The notes: generated by a model from the letters alone, not told the origin. Positions 23,390-38,149 are shown, counted from the stretch's first letter. The stretch: DNA of 64,000 nt from Octopus bimaculoides (GCF_001194135.2 NC_068983.1:99005420-99069419); one strand, 5' to 3'. Made by a program: numbers and translations.

Positions 23390-23644
23390 CAGTGTTTCTC
23401 AACCATTTTTTACCTGTGGACCCCTTTGATTCCTATTTTACTCTACTGGACCCTGTTAGCCATTCTATGTTTAAAAAAATCATATATTTTCATAATTGAA
23501 TATTATTAGGAAATGTATAACAAAAAATTGTTAAAATATTTTGTGAATTGTAGAAGTACAAGCAATTCTATTGCACATAAATTTTAACAACAAAATCTTA
23601 TATGGATCCCCAAGGGTTGTAGGGACCCTGGTTGAGAACAGTTG
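23390..23644. mobile_element. hAT (Charlie-like) MITE
   Basis: TIRs CAGTGTTTCTCAACC / GGTTGAGAACAGTTG, 8-bp TSD ATATAAAT/GTATAAAT; same family at 35868-36316 and 59209-59443. Confidence 0.8.
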
Positions 23645-24876
23645 GTATAAATGAACCATAATACCACTGTGTGAATGCTTATATTTTTTGCTGCTGAGTC
23701 AGAAGAAGGGTAGTGTCCATGAACTTTTTCAGAGTCTCCAAAACTGATGTGAGGAAGGGGAAATTATCTTCAAACTGGAGACCTAACTCAAATGCTTTCA
23801 GTAGAGTTGACTGAACTAATTAAGCCTACCCAACAAGAAGTATTAAATGTCAGCTAAACAGGTGACCAAAATCCTCTTCTTGAGCATGTTCTTCCTTCCA
23901 CAATCTTCTTACAACCATAGTCCATAACTGCAGGACATCTACCAATCTGTTGCTCTCATTTCTAAAACTCAAAGGTTAAGGATATTGATGCTATTAATTA
24001 CCATCGTCACTTTGAGATCCTTTCCTTTCTCACTTATCACATGGAACCATGACAACTGGAGATATACTCCTATGACATTCACCTGTGAGAAATTAGGCAA
24101 AAGCAATGTTTTCACACTTGATTAGCATATGAAAAATTTCTAGTCAAGTTACCCTCCTGTTGTGCGCATTCCATTTCTTATTTCTTGGATGAGATGCTTC
24201 ATGTCAGTTCTACCATTACAATATATAGTGAAAGGGCCCTCTTTGATCACTTTCTTATCTATTCTACTGTATTTCAAGTTTCAGTAATGTTTATTTGATT
24301 GTTGTTTTTTTATATTAACATAACAAATACTTGTAAAATAATATATATTAGTGACAGAGGCAGTAGTAATACTGATAGGTAATATTAAATGTGGATGTTC
24401 TGTTAGAACAAACCAAACTGCAGCAGATATCACAAGGGAAACTCTCATATTGGCTTTTAGTGCAAAATGCATGCTTGTTTATATAACTAGAAGGGAGATA
24501 CAAATACTAGGTAAATATTCAAGATAAATAGGCTTTAACTACTTTAACCCATTAGCATTCAAACTATATCCAGCTCAAATATTCTACCTGCTTTACATCC
24601 AAAGTGGCCAGATCCAACCTCTCATACCTACTCTACAAGATTATTTTTAAAATAAATAATCACATCATTGAAATCTCAAAGCTACAAAATAATGCATTAT
24701 TAATTTTTTTAAATATGAATAAATAAGCGTTACATTTGACAGAATAATCTGAATGCTAAAGGGTTAAATTGTACCTACCCACAATAGATATAGCAGTAAA
24801 CCATAATAATATAAGTCTTACATGCAAAAACTAGTGAGTTGCTCCCTGCCAAATTAGATTACAAAGTAAGACTTAC

Positions 24877-24974
24877 CCGCAGCAAAAGTAGAAAATTACT
24901 GCAGAAACGATAACTATGATGAGAATCAAGCAGACACAGACTATCAGAACGATGATGATCTTCTCATTTTCCAT
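24877..24974 (-). CDS. Host gene first coding exon: N-terminal transmembrane helix (MENEKIIIVLIVCVCLILIIVIVSAVIFYFCCG)
   Basis: Exon 24877-24977: ttattattgcag|GAAATGG ... GCGG|gtaagt; phase-2 end joins 14953 to give FCCGPRSKRKRR. Confidence 0.85.
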
Positions 24975-26289
24975 TTCCTGCAATAATAAGATAACATATT
25001 AAAACCGATGACTTTGGAAACAATGACAAGCATAAAACATGGTGCTCTATCTATCATGATAATTATATAAGGAAGAAAGAAAATTATATAAAAACTGTTC
25101 ATGGAGATGTGATGTAATAAGAAAGCTATTAAAATTATTTCAATTTTAAATGTCAAGTCTTTTTTTTTATTTATTTGTTTATTTTCTGAAAGCTATTATA
25201 TATTTGTCAAATAATCCGAGTTACTGTCCAGTTATGGTTTATCTTCTTTGCCTTGTCATTGAATACTAAATTACTACAGTATATCAAACTATTGTTCATG
25301 TATATTCACCAACTGGCAGAATGTACACAGTGAAAATCAGTGGAAACAAAAATGTGAAGCATCTGAGTGGTCACTTGCCCTTCACCTTGCTAAAAATATC
25401 AGCTAAATCTCTCTAAAATTACACCCTAGTATCTTAACAAAACACACACACACACTGGATAATATATTCCTAAATGTCTTCTGCCTTTTAGTACCAGGCT
25501 TAAAAAAAAAAAGTACGTACTAAGGTTGGTTCATTCAACTAAAACCCTTCAAAGCAGTGCAATGGCAAGTATAACATGATTCACAATTGAACGTACTGTG
25601 TTACCCAGGATCAGTGATGAATGAATCAGTAATAAACAAGCACAGCCGTATTTGTAAATGACTTATTTAATCAAATCATTGGTTATTCCGAAATTGTTTA
25701 CAGTGTAATGTGGTTGGTGAAGGTGCATAACTCAGTGGTTAGAGTGTTGGACTCCCAGACCAGGCTGTGTGTTGTGTTCTTGAGCAAGACACTTTATTTC
25801 ATGTTGCTCCAGTTCACTCAGCTGTAGAAATTAGTTACAATGTCCCTGGTGCCAAGCTGTATCATGCTTTGTCTTTGCCTTGGATAACATCACTGGCATG
25901 GAGAGGAGAGGCTGGTATACATGGGAAACTGCTGGTCTTTCATAAAGTGGACTTGTGCCTCAGAGGGTAACTTTCCAAGTGCAATCCCATGGTCATTCAT
26001 GATTGAAAAGAGTCTTTACCTTTTACCCTAATGTGGTTGATATTAGGAAGGGTATCCAGCAGTAGAAACCATGTCAGAAATGACATTAGAACTTGGTGCA
26101 GCTTTGTGGCTCACTGGATCCAATCAACCAACGCCAACATAGAAAACAAATGTTAAATGATGATGTTGATTATGATGATGTTGATGTTCCTTATTTAACT
26201 CTTCCAAAAAACTTTTCTTATGTCAAATCCCATTAGTGAGTACATAAGCAACATTTTTATCATTACTTCTATGCAAATTAGCCTCTTAC

Positions 26290-26349
26290 CTAATGATCAG
26301 CCACTTAACAATTGAACATTCAGAACTGAATTGTTAAATTGAGATATTC
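26290..26349 (-). other. Probable 5'UTR exon of host gene
   Basis: atatacag|GAA...TTAG|gtaaga, 60 nt, stops in all three frames; splicing places TAG two codons before the ATG. Confidence 0.6.
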
Positions 26350-26483
26350 CTGTATATAACACATCAACAAACTTATAGAGCACTGTGTTCATCTTCATCT
26401 TGGTGGTATTCATTCTTTTGAGCTTATTCCGGACTTTCACTTAATAGAGTTCATTTGTAATATCTACCTTTTCTACGTGTGTT

Positions 26484-27960
26484 CATCATCATCATTTAAC
26501 GTCCGCTTTCCATGCTGGCATGGGTTGGACGGTTTGACTGAGGACTGGTGAGCCAAAGGCTGCACCAGGCTCAATCTGATCTGGCAAAGTTTCCACAGCT
26601 GGATGCCCTTCCTAACGCCAACCACTCCGAGAGTGTAGTGGGTGCTTTTATGTGACACTGGCATGGGGGCCAGTCAGGCGGTTCTGGCAACAACCACACT
26701 CAAAAGGTGTTTTTTACACGCTACCTGCATGGGAGCCAGTCTTGGCGGCACTGGCAATGACTATGCTCGAATGTTGTTTTTCACGTGCCACCGGCACATG
26801 TGCGGTAAGCCGACACTGGCAATGATCACGCTCGAATGGTGCTTTTCACATGCCACCAGCACGGGAGCCAATCCGTGGCCCTGGCAACGATCACACTCGG
26901 ATGTGCTTTTAAAGTTCCACTGGGACGAGTGCCAATCAGGCGGTACTGTCATCAGCCATGTAAGTGATTTTGATTTGTTTTCACTCGCCTCAATAGGTCT
27001 TCGCAAGCAAAGTTCATTGTCCAATGTTTATAAGTGGGCTGGTTACACCCACTGGCATAGGCCATGGGCCATGGTTTCACTTGGCTTGTTGGTTCTTCTC
27101 AAGCACAGCATATTTCCAAAGGTCTTGATCACTAGTCATTGCCTTGGAAAGGCCCAATGTTCAAAGGTCGTGCTTCACCACCTCATCCCAGGTTTTCTTG
27201 GGCCTACCTCTTCCACAGGTTCCCTCAACTGCTAGGGTGTTACACTTTTTCACACAGCTGTCCTCATTCATTTGCAACACATGACCATACCAGTACAGTC
27301 GTCTCTCTTGAACACCACATCTGATGCTTCTTATATCCAACTTTCCTCTCAAGGCGCTTACACTCTGTCGTGTATGCAAGCTTACGCATGTCCTCACCAG
27401 TCACAGCCCATGTTTCACTGCCATGTAGCATGGTGGTTCATACACATGCATCATACAGTCTACCTTTTACTCTGAGTGAGAGACCCTTTGTCACTGCAGA
27501 GGTAAGAGCTCTCTAAACTTTGCCCAGGCTATTCTTATTCTAGCAGCTACACTTTCAGAGCAAGCACCCTCGCTACTGACTTGGTCCCCTAGGTAACAGA
27601 AGCTATCAACTAATTCTAGTTTTTCTCCCTGGAATGTGACAGGAGCTGTTCTCTGCACATTTTCAGTGTTTATAGCACCTGAGTATTTGCCACAGACAAA
27701 TACTATCTTCCCAGTTAGCTTCCCTTTGATATTGCTGCACCTCTTATGTGTCCATAGCTTAGACTGGGTACATATTTTGGAGTTTCTACCTATGCCTTTT
27801 CTATAGATCGAGCAGGGTCATCTACCTGAAGGGATTTGTGTTTTGTGTGCCTTCCTACTTATTAAGACTTTGGTTTTAGCGAGGTTGACTCTAAGGCCCT
27901 TCAATTCTAATCCTTGCTTCCACATCTGTCAACACGGAAATGTCATATCATGTGTACTAT
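26484..27960 (-). mobile_element. 5'-truncated RTE LINE (RT C-terminus, 3'UTR, (GAT)n tail)
   Basis: VQERRLYWYGHV...GRGRPKKTW RTE C-terminal motif (ORF 27161-27397); homologous to 39.0-40.6 and 55.2-56.6 kb copies. Confidence 0.9.
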
Positions 27961-30900
27961 GATAAATCTTGTTGCTATTATATTGATTTATTAACAAGCA
28001 GAGAACGTAAATAAAACCAAGTTGTTATGTGTTTTTATCTAATCTACAGTGTATTTACAATTACCCATAACTAAACAACAACAACAATAACAAAATGGAT
28101 TTCCACAGTTAAATGATTTCTTCACTATACTAAGAGCTGAAAATAAAAGTAAAGTTTTAAATTTGCACAAGATACATTTTCTTTATACTTCATTCTTATT
28201 TGTTACTTAACCTTTTCATAATAAAACTTGCCTACAAACTTTCCTCGAAAATGTTATAAGTCTCAAAACTCTATCAACATAATTGACAGTGTCTCACTAC
28301 CACTCTCTGTTTGTCCATCCCATGAAGGGAGATAACTTTTATGTTATTGTGAAATATATTTGCTACCTAAATGTGGTTAACCCTTAAGGGTTGATGCTAC
28401 TGTAGCTTGTAGCCCCAGGAAGACATCTCCAGCTGGCTATTGACACACTTTCTGTGCCCTATCAGTATTTGCAAAGGGAAGTCATCTTTCCCATCTCCAG
28501 CCTGACATGATATACACGGACCCAAGTTTCTGGGTATTGACCCGTCATCAGCATGTGACAACCACCGGTTGGTGATGGGAACCAAAAAGTAACCTCTCAT
28601 ATCGCATGTAATATTGGGAATATATTTTTTCCACTGTTGGTAACAGCAGGTAATGTTACATTTGTAATTAATGGAGAGCTGTTCAACAATTAAAATAGCA
28701 GAATCTACATAAAATCACATTTCTAAGCCATTCACTTCTGATGATGAGCCTTTAAGCCTGAAATACATAAAAGTTACTTTACTTCCCCTTTTCACACAGT
28801 TAGAAGCTCTCTGTCTTCATTATTTGTTATCTTACTGCTGTATCACAATGCTTCTGGCAAACTACAATGCTCTTCTACTATTATTGTCACTGATGACTAC
28901 TTTGTATATTTGGAAAAAATATGAGTTTCTCTTATTTAATTTTATTTTAATTTAATAAATGATTTATTTTAAAAAGTAGTATTTGTTTCACTCTTTTCTA
29001 TATGCACTAAAGAATTTCAATTGAGTAAAATTATAATCATAATTTTACCTGCCTATAACATGCAAAAAGCACCCAGCCATAGAAACCAAGCCAAGTCAGA
29101 CTGGCGCCTGGTGCAGCTCTCCAGCCTGCCAGCTCTGGTCAAAACATCCAACCCATGCCAGCATGGAAAACAGACATTAAATGATGATAATGATAATGTA
29201 CCCAGTTAATATTACCTAATATTTCAACAGTATACTTCAAACATTATTGAACAGTTAATAATCTAGCAGATAATATTTTTCCTCCTTCCAGTAATTCACT
29301 CTGGAAATTAATAATATCTAAATAAACCTATTTCAATTTTTAAAATCCTACTGCAAAGGACTTTGAGGTCAAATTTTTTTGAAAGCTTAGCTGTTATTCA
29401 CAAGTGGGTATGAACAGCCTGGGAGAATGCACCATGCTCTCACTAATTGTTTTGTGTGCCTGTGTAGTCATGAGCAGACACAGACACCCTCTTAGCTTCT
29501 CCCTTGACCCAGCAAAACAGCAAGGATGTGACAGTTGAAAGGAGAGAAGTCTGCACTAGCATTCAGAAAGAACCCACTTTCAGTTGAATAAACTGGAGCT
29601 ATATGAACTGATGTGCTTTGCTCAAGTACACAATGCATTACCTAGTTGAGGAAGTGAACTGATGATCTTATGACTATGGTCCTAACAACCTAATCGTTAG
29701 GCTACTCAGCTGAGACTAAATACATATGAGTTCATATATTTATTAATTTGTATTTATAGATGAAGACATGGGCATGTGGTAAGAAGCTTACTTCCCAATC
29801 ACATGGTTTTGGCTTCAGTCCCACTGCATGACACCTTAGGCAAGAGTCTTCTACTGTAGCTCCAGGTTGACCAAAGCCTTATGAATGCATTTGGTCAGTG
29901 GAAACTGAATGAAGCCCATTGTGTGTGTGTGTGTGTATGTATGTATCTGTGTGTGTATCTTTGTGCTTGTCTTCACCACTGCTTCACAATTGATGTTAGC
30001 TTGTAAATATCCCCTGTAACTTAGCAGTTTAGCAAAAGATATTGATAGAATAAGTACCAAACCTAAAAATGACTACTAGTATTAATCTTTTCAACTAAAA
30101 TCTTTCAAGGCAGTGCCCTAGAATGGTCCAATGATTGAAACAAGCTAAAGATAAAGCAAAGATAACTCACACTGTACTGGTGCTCTCATAGTTATTGTTT
30201 GGGCATCAACCATGCAAATTTATGCAAATAAGTTAGTCTCTAGGCATATACTTGGTTTACATTTTAATGAGTAGCCATCAGCCAATATCATTGGAGAGCA
30301 TAAGATGGTGAGCTGGCAGAATTGTTAGCATGCCAGGCAAAATGCTTAGAAGCATTTTCTCTGTCTTTATGTTCTGATTTCTAATTCTGCCGAGTTTCAC
30401 TTAGCCTTTTATCCTTTCGAGGTTGATAAAATAGGTAGCTTAGTGGTTAGGAGTGTTGGACTCATGATCATAAGATTGTGGTTTCAATTCCTGGACCGGG
30501 CGACACATTGTGTTCTTGAGCAAAACATTTCATTTCACATTGCTCCAGTCCACTCAGCTGGCAAAACAGTAATCCTGCAACAGGCCAGCATCCAGTCCAG
30601 CGGGGAATATATAAGTCAGAAAAACCAGGAAACTGGACCTATGAGTTTGTATGACTCAGGAAGGACCTACTTTATTCCCCAAAATTGCTGGTCTTGTACC
30701 AAAATTTGAAATCAGTATTATTGGAGAGCATGTGAAGGCCATAAGCATAGCACCTTTCTCCTGGCAAAATCAATAAAGTTTGGGCAGAAAAGGTGAGTGA
30801 ATTTTGGTGAATTATTAAATGACACTGTAAACAGCTGGTCCAAACATCATCTCAAGTTACTCAATTTCCTATCTCTATGTGTTCATTCAGGTGACAGTGC

Positions 30901-31647
30901 ATAGGACAAATGCGCAGGTATGGGAAATTCAGAGCTGCTTAATGAATACATTATGCATACATATAGTTATACAAACATATGTACTTATATCCATACACAC
31001 AGACACCTAAATACATATATATATGTAAACCTGATGAATTCACAAAGAGAAAAATACATATTCATGAACACACACACACATTTATAGAATATCCCACCCT
31101 GTTTCTCGTTGACTGTAATTGTTATTTTTTATTTATTTATTTTTTTTTGCATAAAGATTAATCATTTGGACAGGGGGTGATTATTAAAATACTTTTCATA
31201 TGTGACGTATGCATGTATGCACATACATATATACATGCATGCATAATACATGCACGCATGCATGCATACATACACACATATGTACATACATACATACATA
31301 CATAAATACACACACACATATAATATCATCAAAATATTTTCTGATGACGTCTTATATAACACACTATAAAAGCATTTAATACTGATATACTTCAACTTGT
31401 TCATGAATAAGTGTCTTGAAGCATTAACAGTGCAAAGCCTAGTATTAATAATATTGTTTTTCAAAGGTGAATAGATGTTTGTTAGTAAGGCAGGTCACTT
31501 AAAAGTTTCTTGGACCTGATGACCGAGATATGTTAAATTCCTAAATTTTCATGGGCTGTCAGATTATACAGTGACACAAAAATAGTGAAACGAAGATTGC
31601 ATACATGTAGTGTAAGCCATTGATCAGACACATGCATGAATACTTAC

Positions 31648-31737
31648 ACCACACGTACAGAAGATCACAATGCTTGACACTGTGTAAATTAGAACAAAAA
31701 TCTTGACACTTTGTTAGTGACCGATGTTAATTTTGTT
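31648..31737 (-). other. Possible additional 5'UTR exon of host gene
   Basis: Donor GGT|gtaagt at 31648 with two candidate acceptors (31679, 31737) in unique sequence; no independent support. Confidence 0.3.
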
Positions 31738-32999
31738 CTGAAGGAAATACATTCATGCCATAGCAAAAACACTGTGCCATGCAAGTTAAGAAAAGTTAAG
31801 CCATAAAACAACCATACAACAAGTCTATATACACACTTCCATAAGAGTATTAATGGAATGCCCCCAATTAAATCATCAATAAAAAGAAAACAGAATAAAT
31901 AGGACAGCTTACTGTTTCAGAGAAATTAAAATGTACTCTAGGGATATTAGTTGTACACCCAACAGTGAGAATAACAATGATTGTAGACAGCTTCAATGTC
32001 CTATATCTAGATTATAAGTTTAATTTCTGTCCTTAGGTTGTAATATGTGACTGTGTGACCAACTTCCAACAGCACCATATTGGAAACAGTAGGCTTCACA
32101 AACATGAAACAGTCTTGCCTATTAATGAAAGTATCTCAAAATTGAGACATATCCCATTGTCTGTCACTGTTTTTAGCTGATAATAATTGTCATATTGCCC
32201 ATAGAGATTTATATTTTGGCTAGTAAGTGATTATCAAAGATGCCTTTTGTGCGTATGTATCTCAACTTGAATACACTATTAGAAAAGATATCTACAATAT
32301 ATATACATATATATGAACACAAATGTCTAAAAATATTTCTACTCTTTGAATAAAGCTTTATCTCTTTATTTAGTGATTAAAAGGATGCCAGAGTAATTGA
32401 TTTGTAAAGTATAAATTGAAAAGAAGATAGTATTATGGATTGAATAAACTCCAACATATTGGTTTATAGATGATCAACATATCCACTTGCCTTGCTAAGA
32501 AAGGAGCTCACCCAGCTAGTTTGAATAGCAATAAAAAAGCAATTAGATCTCCCTTAACTCATTCCCCACTGTTTTAACCCTTTAGCATTCAGATTACCCT
32601 ATCAAATGTAATGCTTGTGTATTCACATCATTTTGAATTTATCGTGCATTATTTTGTAGTCTTGAAGTTTCAATTATGTGACTATATTTTTTAGGCTAAC
32701 ATTGTAGAATAAGTGTGAGAGGCTGTATCTGGCCAGTTTGAGTATGAAACAGGAAGAATATTTTAGCCAGATATGGCTGGTTTAAATGCTAAAAGGGTTA
32801 AATAAGGCAGGTCACTTTGGATAATGAGTGCTGAACATCTGACAAGATTGGATTGTCACAGTTGGAATACTTTTATCATAAGTCAGCACAATCGAATCAG
32901 ACATGAGCTTAAACAACAATATCTCACCTACATGCCAACATACTTTATTTTTTAAGTCTCTTCTGTCATCATTATTACTATAAACAATCCCTGACCCCC

Positions 33000-33260
33000 C
33001 AAAACTAAAAACCTGTCTACTACCCCAATCCCCCAACTGAAGCTTATCAGATTTTTCCACTCCTCATCATCTCGTCAGCATCTTACCCCTACCAAATCTT
33101 GCATTTTTTCTAAACCTCTGACCAACCAGACCTACAACCTTCTGGAACTCTTTTCCCTGCTACATTTTCTCACAGACTGAGCCTCCTAAAATTCAAGCTG
33201 AGCAACAACCCTATCAACCTCATCAGTTAGTAAAGGTCAGCAAACACATGGCCCTTGCTA
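33000..33260 (+). mobile_element. L2/CR1-like LINE 3' remnant
   Basis: Degenerate T..LWNS(L)P..F...LLKFK-like C-terminal motif. Confidence 0.45.
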
Positions 33261-35867
33261 TTTTCCTTGCTTTAAAATAAATACAACATTGACAAAGTAC
33301 ATAAATTCACCCTTTCTTTTTCTCTCACTCTTTTATCATGTACATGCACACTCTTCTTCTTAAGACCTTCATATCTATGGAGTATAGGGCACTGATGACT
33401 TTTCTCGACTATTCTGGACCCTGGGCTGTCTTAGGGCCATGATCCTAATTTGAGGAATACCCTCCTTTGAGGAAAGGCCTTCCCTTCACATTGTAACCTG
33501 TATGATGGCGATGCTCATGTGATGATTAAACAAGGCTGTAGTATTATTGATAAATAAAAGAACTTGCATCATTACATCATGATTAATAATGGTTTCACAT
33601 TTTGACACAAGGCCAGCAAGTTCAGAGTAGGGGATAAATCAATTACATTGACTCCAGTGCTCAACTGATACATATTTAAGTGACCCCCAAAAGGATGAGA
33701 GGCGAAGCTGACCTCAGTGGAATTTGAACTCAGAATGTAAAGATGAACGAAATGCTGCCAAGCATTTTGCCTGGTGTGTTTAATGATTCTGCCAGCTTGC
33801 CTCCTTAATGTTGTCTAAGAATAATTACTGAGGATTATTTATGACAAGGAACAATAAACAAGGAACAATAAACAAGGAATGACAAGGAACAATAAACAAT
33901 AAAAGTTCAGCTTTAAAAGAACATCAAAACAGTCCTGTCATTGTTATGCAAATTATCATAGCATTGCATATAAATTGATCAAAGCTATTCAAGGACAGCA
34001 AATATTTGCAGCATGACTTTTTGACTAGAACTGCATGACATGACATGACAATAGCATTGCCAACAGGATATAGATAATTGATTTTATCCGATCCAGATTT
34101 GGCCGAAGCCTGGTTGAAGTGCTTGTCAGCTAGTGTAAGAACAAAACAGTTGATGGACAATGACGAATCCAAGTAAACACTTGATCTCTAGTGGGTAACT
34201 GTGTATCTCCTCAATAACAAGACATCCATGCTTGTTGCTCTATCTCACTTTAACCTTTCAACATTCGGCATAAAGCAACATTCTCCTTTCAAGTACTCCC
34301 AGTTTAGTTGTGGAAGCTTTTCTTTTTTCTTCTCCCTGTTCTTTTTTCTGTCTTGCAAGTTACTTAGCAACCTCATTAATGCCAGTAGCATGAGAAAAAA
34401 AAAACAAACATCCAGTACATACAGTTAAATGGTTGGCATTAGGAAGAGTATCCAGCTGTAGAAATCATGCTAAAGTTGATATTGGAGCCCAACACAACCA
34501 TGTGGTTCTCTGGATCCTGTCAAACTATCTAACCTATGCCAGCATGGAAAGTGGACATTAAATTATGATAATGATAACGATGATATCAAAAGCAAGAGTT
34601 GAGAATATCAAAGGAGTTTCGACAATGATATATCCTAAAATGTTGAAAGAAATGAAATTTGAGGATATAAAGGAAACAGTAATGTCATCAATAAGACCAA
34701 AAGAAGAAGTTTTGGGGCTTCAAAACAACTGCAGCACAAGCTTTTGATTAGTACAGTGCAACATGGTGCAACACCATAAACTGGCACTCTGTTGGTTACG
34801 ACAAGGGCTCCAGATGATCCAATCACTAGAACAGCCTACTTGTGAAATTACTGAGCAAGTGGCTGAGCACTCCACAGACATGTGTACCCTTAACATAGTT
34901 CTCAGGAAGATTCAGTGTGTCACAGAATATGACAAGGCTGGTCTTTTGAAATCCAGATACTCCTTTTTGCCAGCTGAGTAAACTGGAGCAACATGAAATA
35001 AAGCACCTTGCTCAACACCCCACTGGATATTGAACTCATGACCTTATGATTGGGAGCCCAATACCCTAACCACTAAGCCAAATGCCTTCACCACAAACAT
35101 ATGCAAAGCAACAATTAATCACTATGAGTAACTTAGTACATAAGTTGTTGATTCCAGTAGGATTTGAACTCAGAACATATAAGAAACATAGATACGGGAG
35201 TGGCTGAGTGGTAAGAAGTTTGCTTCTCAACCACATGGTTTCTGGGTTCAGTATCACTGCATGGTACCTTTGGCAAGTGTCTTCTACTATAGCTTCAGGC
35301 CGACCAAAGCCTTCTGAGTGGATTTGAAATGGAAACTGAAAGAAGCCCATCATATATTATATATATGTGTGTTTATGAATGTATTTATGTATGTGTGTGT
35401 TTGCCCCCACCCCCACCATTTCTTGGCAACTGATGTTGGTGTGTTTATGTCCCCATAACTTAGCAGTTCAGCAAAAGAGACCAACAGAATAATTACTAGG
35501 CTTACAAAGAATAAGTCCTGGGGCCGATTTGTTTGACTAAAGGCAGTGCTCCAGTATGGCCACAATCAAATGACTGAAACAAGTAAAAGAATAAAAGTAT
35601 ACCAATAATATTCAATCAATTGTCATATCTGAAATTTCTGGACATCACCTTTGTCAAATGTCAACACTGACGATAAAAGACATAATAGTCAACTCATAGA
35701 GGAAGAGGAGATATCATATGACATTTAATGGCACCTAGCTAATAAATACCAAACTGATAAACAAATCAATTACATACTTGTAATACTCATTGAGATACTC
35801 TTGCTTCTATCACGTTTATAAGTTTACTAAACAATATTTAGTTTTGCTAATGAAGGAGCCTCTACAT

Positions 35868-36316
35868 TAGTGGTTCTCAACTGGGGTCCATATGGTCCTT
35901 GCAGGTCCATATAAGATATTTTGTCAAAATTTATGAGCAATATATTGCTTAAACTTCTACAATACATCAAGTATTTTAACAGTTTTTTAAAATACACTTC
36001 CTAATAATATTTAATAATCCTTTCTACTATAGGCACAAGGCCCCAACATTTTTGGGGAGGGGTTAAGTCAATTACATTGACCCCGTAACTCAAGTGGTAC
36101 TTAATTTATCAACCCCGAAAGGATGAAAGACAAAGTCAACCTTGGTGGAATTTGAACTCAGAACGTAGTGACAGGTGAAATGCCGCTAAGCATTTTGCCC
36201 AGTATGTTAATAAAAATACAAAAAGACATTTTGAACATTGAACAGCTATGGAGGTCAACCAGAATAAAATAGGAATCAAAGGGTTTCTGTAGGTAAAAAA
36301 TGGTTGAGAACCACTA
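35868..36316. mobile_element. hAT MITE carrying a nested family B SINE (36018-36206)
   Basis: TIRs TAGTGGTTCTCAAC/GTTGAGAACCACTA, perfect TSD CTCTACAT; the inner SINE is flanked by TTAATAA duplication. Confidence 0.9.
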
Positions 36317-37868
36317 CTCTACATGTTCACTTCATCTAGAAATAACAACCAAATCTCCCCCAAATCACATCCTTCTGCTTAATAACAAAGTTTGACACCT
36401 TGGATATCTTCCACTGTGATAGAATGGAAATGGTTGTTTTAAAAGAGAGAGATATTGGGAATGTTCCTCCTCGTCTTTCTCACTGTGCAGTGAAGCCAAT
36501 TCTGAGAAAGGAGGTGGAGAGAGAGGGGGTGGGGTGGAATACAGCACTTGATTAGAATTTTCTATCAACCTGAAAGAGTAAAATGTAAAACTGACTTTGG
36601 TAGGATTTGAAGTCAGAATGCACAGAGTCAGAACCACAAGGTATTTATCCAACACTACTGATTCTGCCAAATGACTGATACTACAATCCTAGATAAAGTG
36701 TAGTTAGTATTACATTAGGCAATGTAATCATCCTTTTATAAAATGGGAGATTGTGATTTGAAGGATATTTGGCAGCTATTTCTGGCAAGTTTAGCAACCA
36801 TGATGATCTTTCTTTGGTTCAAGTAGTGGTAAGAAAATTGTTGCTTAGACTTAAATCAATCATGATCCTGAAGGCTTAATGCTAAAGATGTTTCAGTTGT
36901 GACTATTCCTATCTAAGTTATCCTTTTTATTCATAGGCACAGGTGTGGCCGTGTGGTAAGAAGCTTGTTTCCCAACCACATGGTTTTGGGTTCAATCCCA
37001 CTGTGTGACACCTTGGCCAAGTGTCTTCTACTTATAGCCTAGAGTTTATCAAAACCATGTGAGTGGATTTGGTAGATGGAAACTGAAAGAAGCCTGTCAT
37101 ATATACATACATATATATATGTGTGTGTGTGTATGGATCTTTGTGTCTGTGTTCGTCCTCCACCATCACCACTTGACAACCAGTGTTGGTCTGTTTGCAT
37201 CCCCCTGGGTAAAGAGGCTGGTACAATAAATACCAGGCTTAAAAAAAAAAAAGTACTGGGATCAATCCATTCGACTAAAAATTCAAGATGGTGCCACAGT
37301 ATGGTTGCAGTCTAATGACTGAAACAAGATGAAAGATACAGTGAAATATTAGAGCTGTCAAGGGCAAACCATTGCTCACAGGACTTTCTGAATGGTGCAC
37401 CTAACTAAAAATTTAATTACCTTGAAAGTATTTAGTAATGGAGCCCACCTGATGATGAGCCAAGTCTCATGTGGCCTGCTTTTCGAAAAAAGGTAGCCCA
37501 TGCCTGAATTTGAATATAAGGAATTCTGTCAACTCAACACATAGAAAATGATTTGCTAGTAACTATGTCCACTGATAAAAGACGACAAGATTGACTGGTG
37601 AATTGTTATGTCAATATAAATTACTTGTATAGTGGTCATGTCAATACTCACTGGAGATTACCTGCTTCTTTTATCTTTTATCATTTACCTGTTTCAGTCA
37701 TTGGATTGCAGTCATGCTGGGGTACCACCTTGAAGTGTTTGGGTGAATGAATCAATCTCAGTGCTTATGTTTTTTTTGAGTCTCGTACTTATTCTATCGG
37801 TCTCTTTTGCTGAACTGTTAAATTATGAGGGTGTAAACAAATCAATGGTAGATGTCAAGCAGTGGTGG

Positions 37869-37908
<40 letters not shown>

Positions 37909-38149
37909 TATACAATAGGCTTCCACACAGTTTCCATTTACCATATTTGCTCACAAAGCACTGGTTGGCTCAGAGCTGTAGTAGAAGATAGCTGTCCAAT
38001 GTACTCTGCAGTGGAACTGAACCTAAAACCATGTGGTTGCAAAGCGCCTAGTGTTTAGTGTTAGTAAATAACAGGATCGTCTTGTGAAGAAGAAAGATTA
38101 AAATGTTGGTCCCTAGTAATACATTGAATTTGACAGGATTGGACTACAT

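Noticed and set aside
28397-28726. Open minus-strand frame (DSAILIVEQLSINYKCNITCC...) upstream of the TM exon, a possible ectodomain exon
   Set aside because: No credible donor in a phase compatible with the 24977 acceptor, runs to a stop, and has no recognisable domain.
28738-28775. Additional CTGATGA...GAAA motifs (also ~13792 and ~37449)
   Set aside because: Stems too decayed to support a hammerhead call; possibly old PLE ends.
33924-34172. 82-aa minus-strand ORF with an acceptor-like site
   Set aside because: No good donor and no domain similarity; likely chance.
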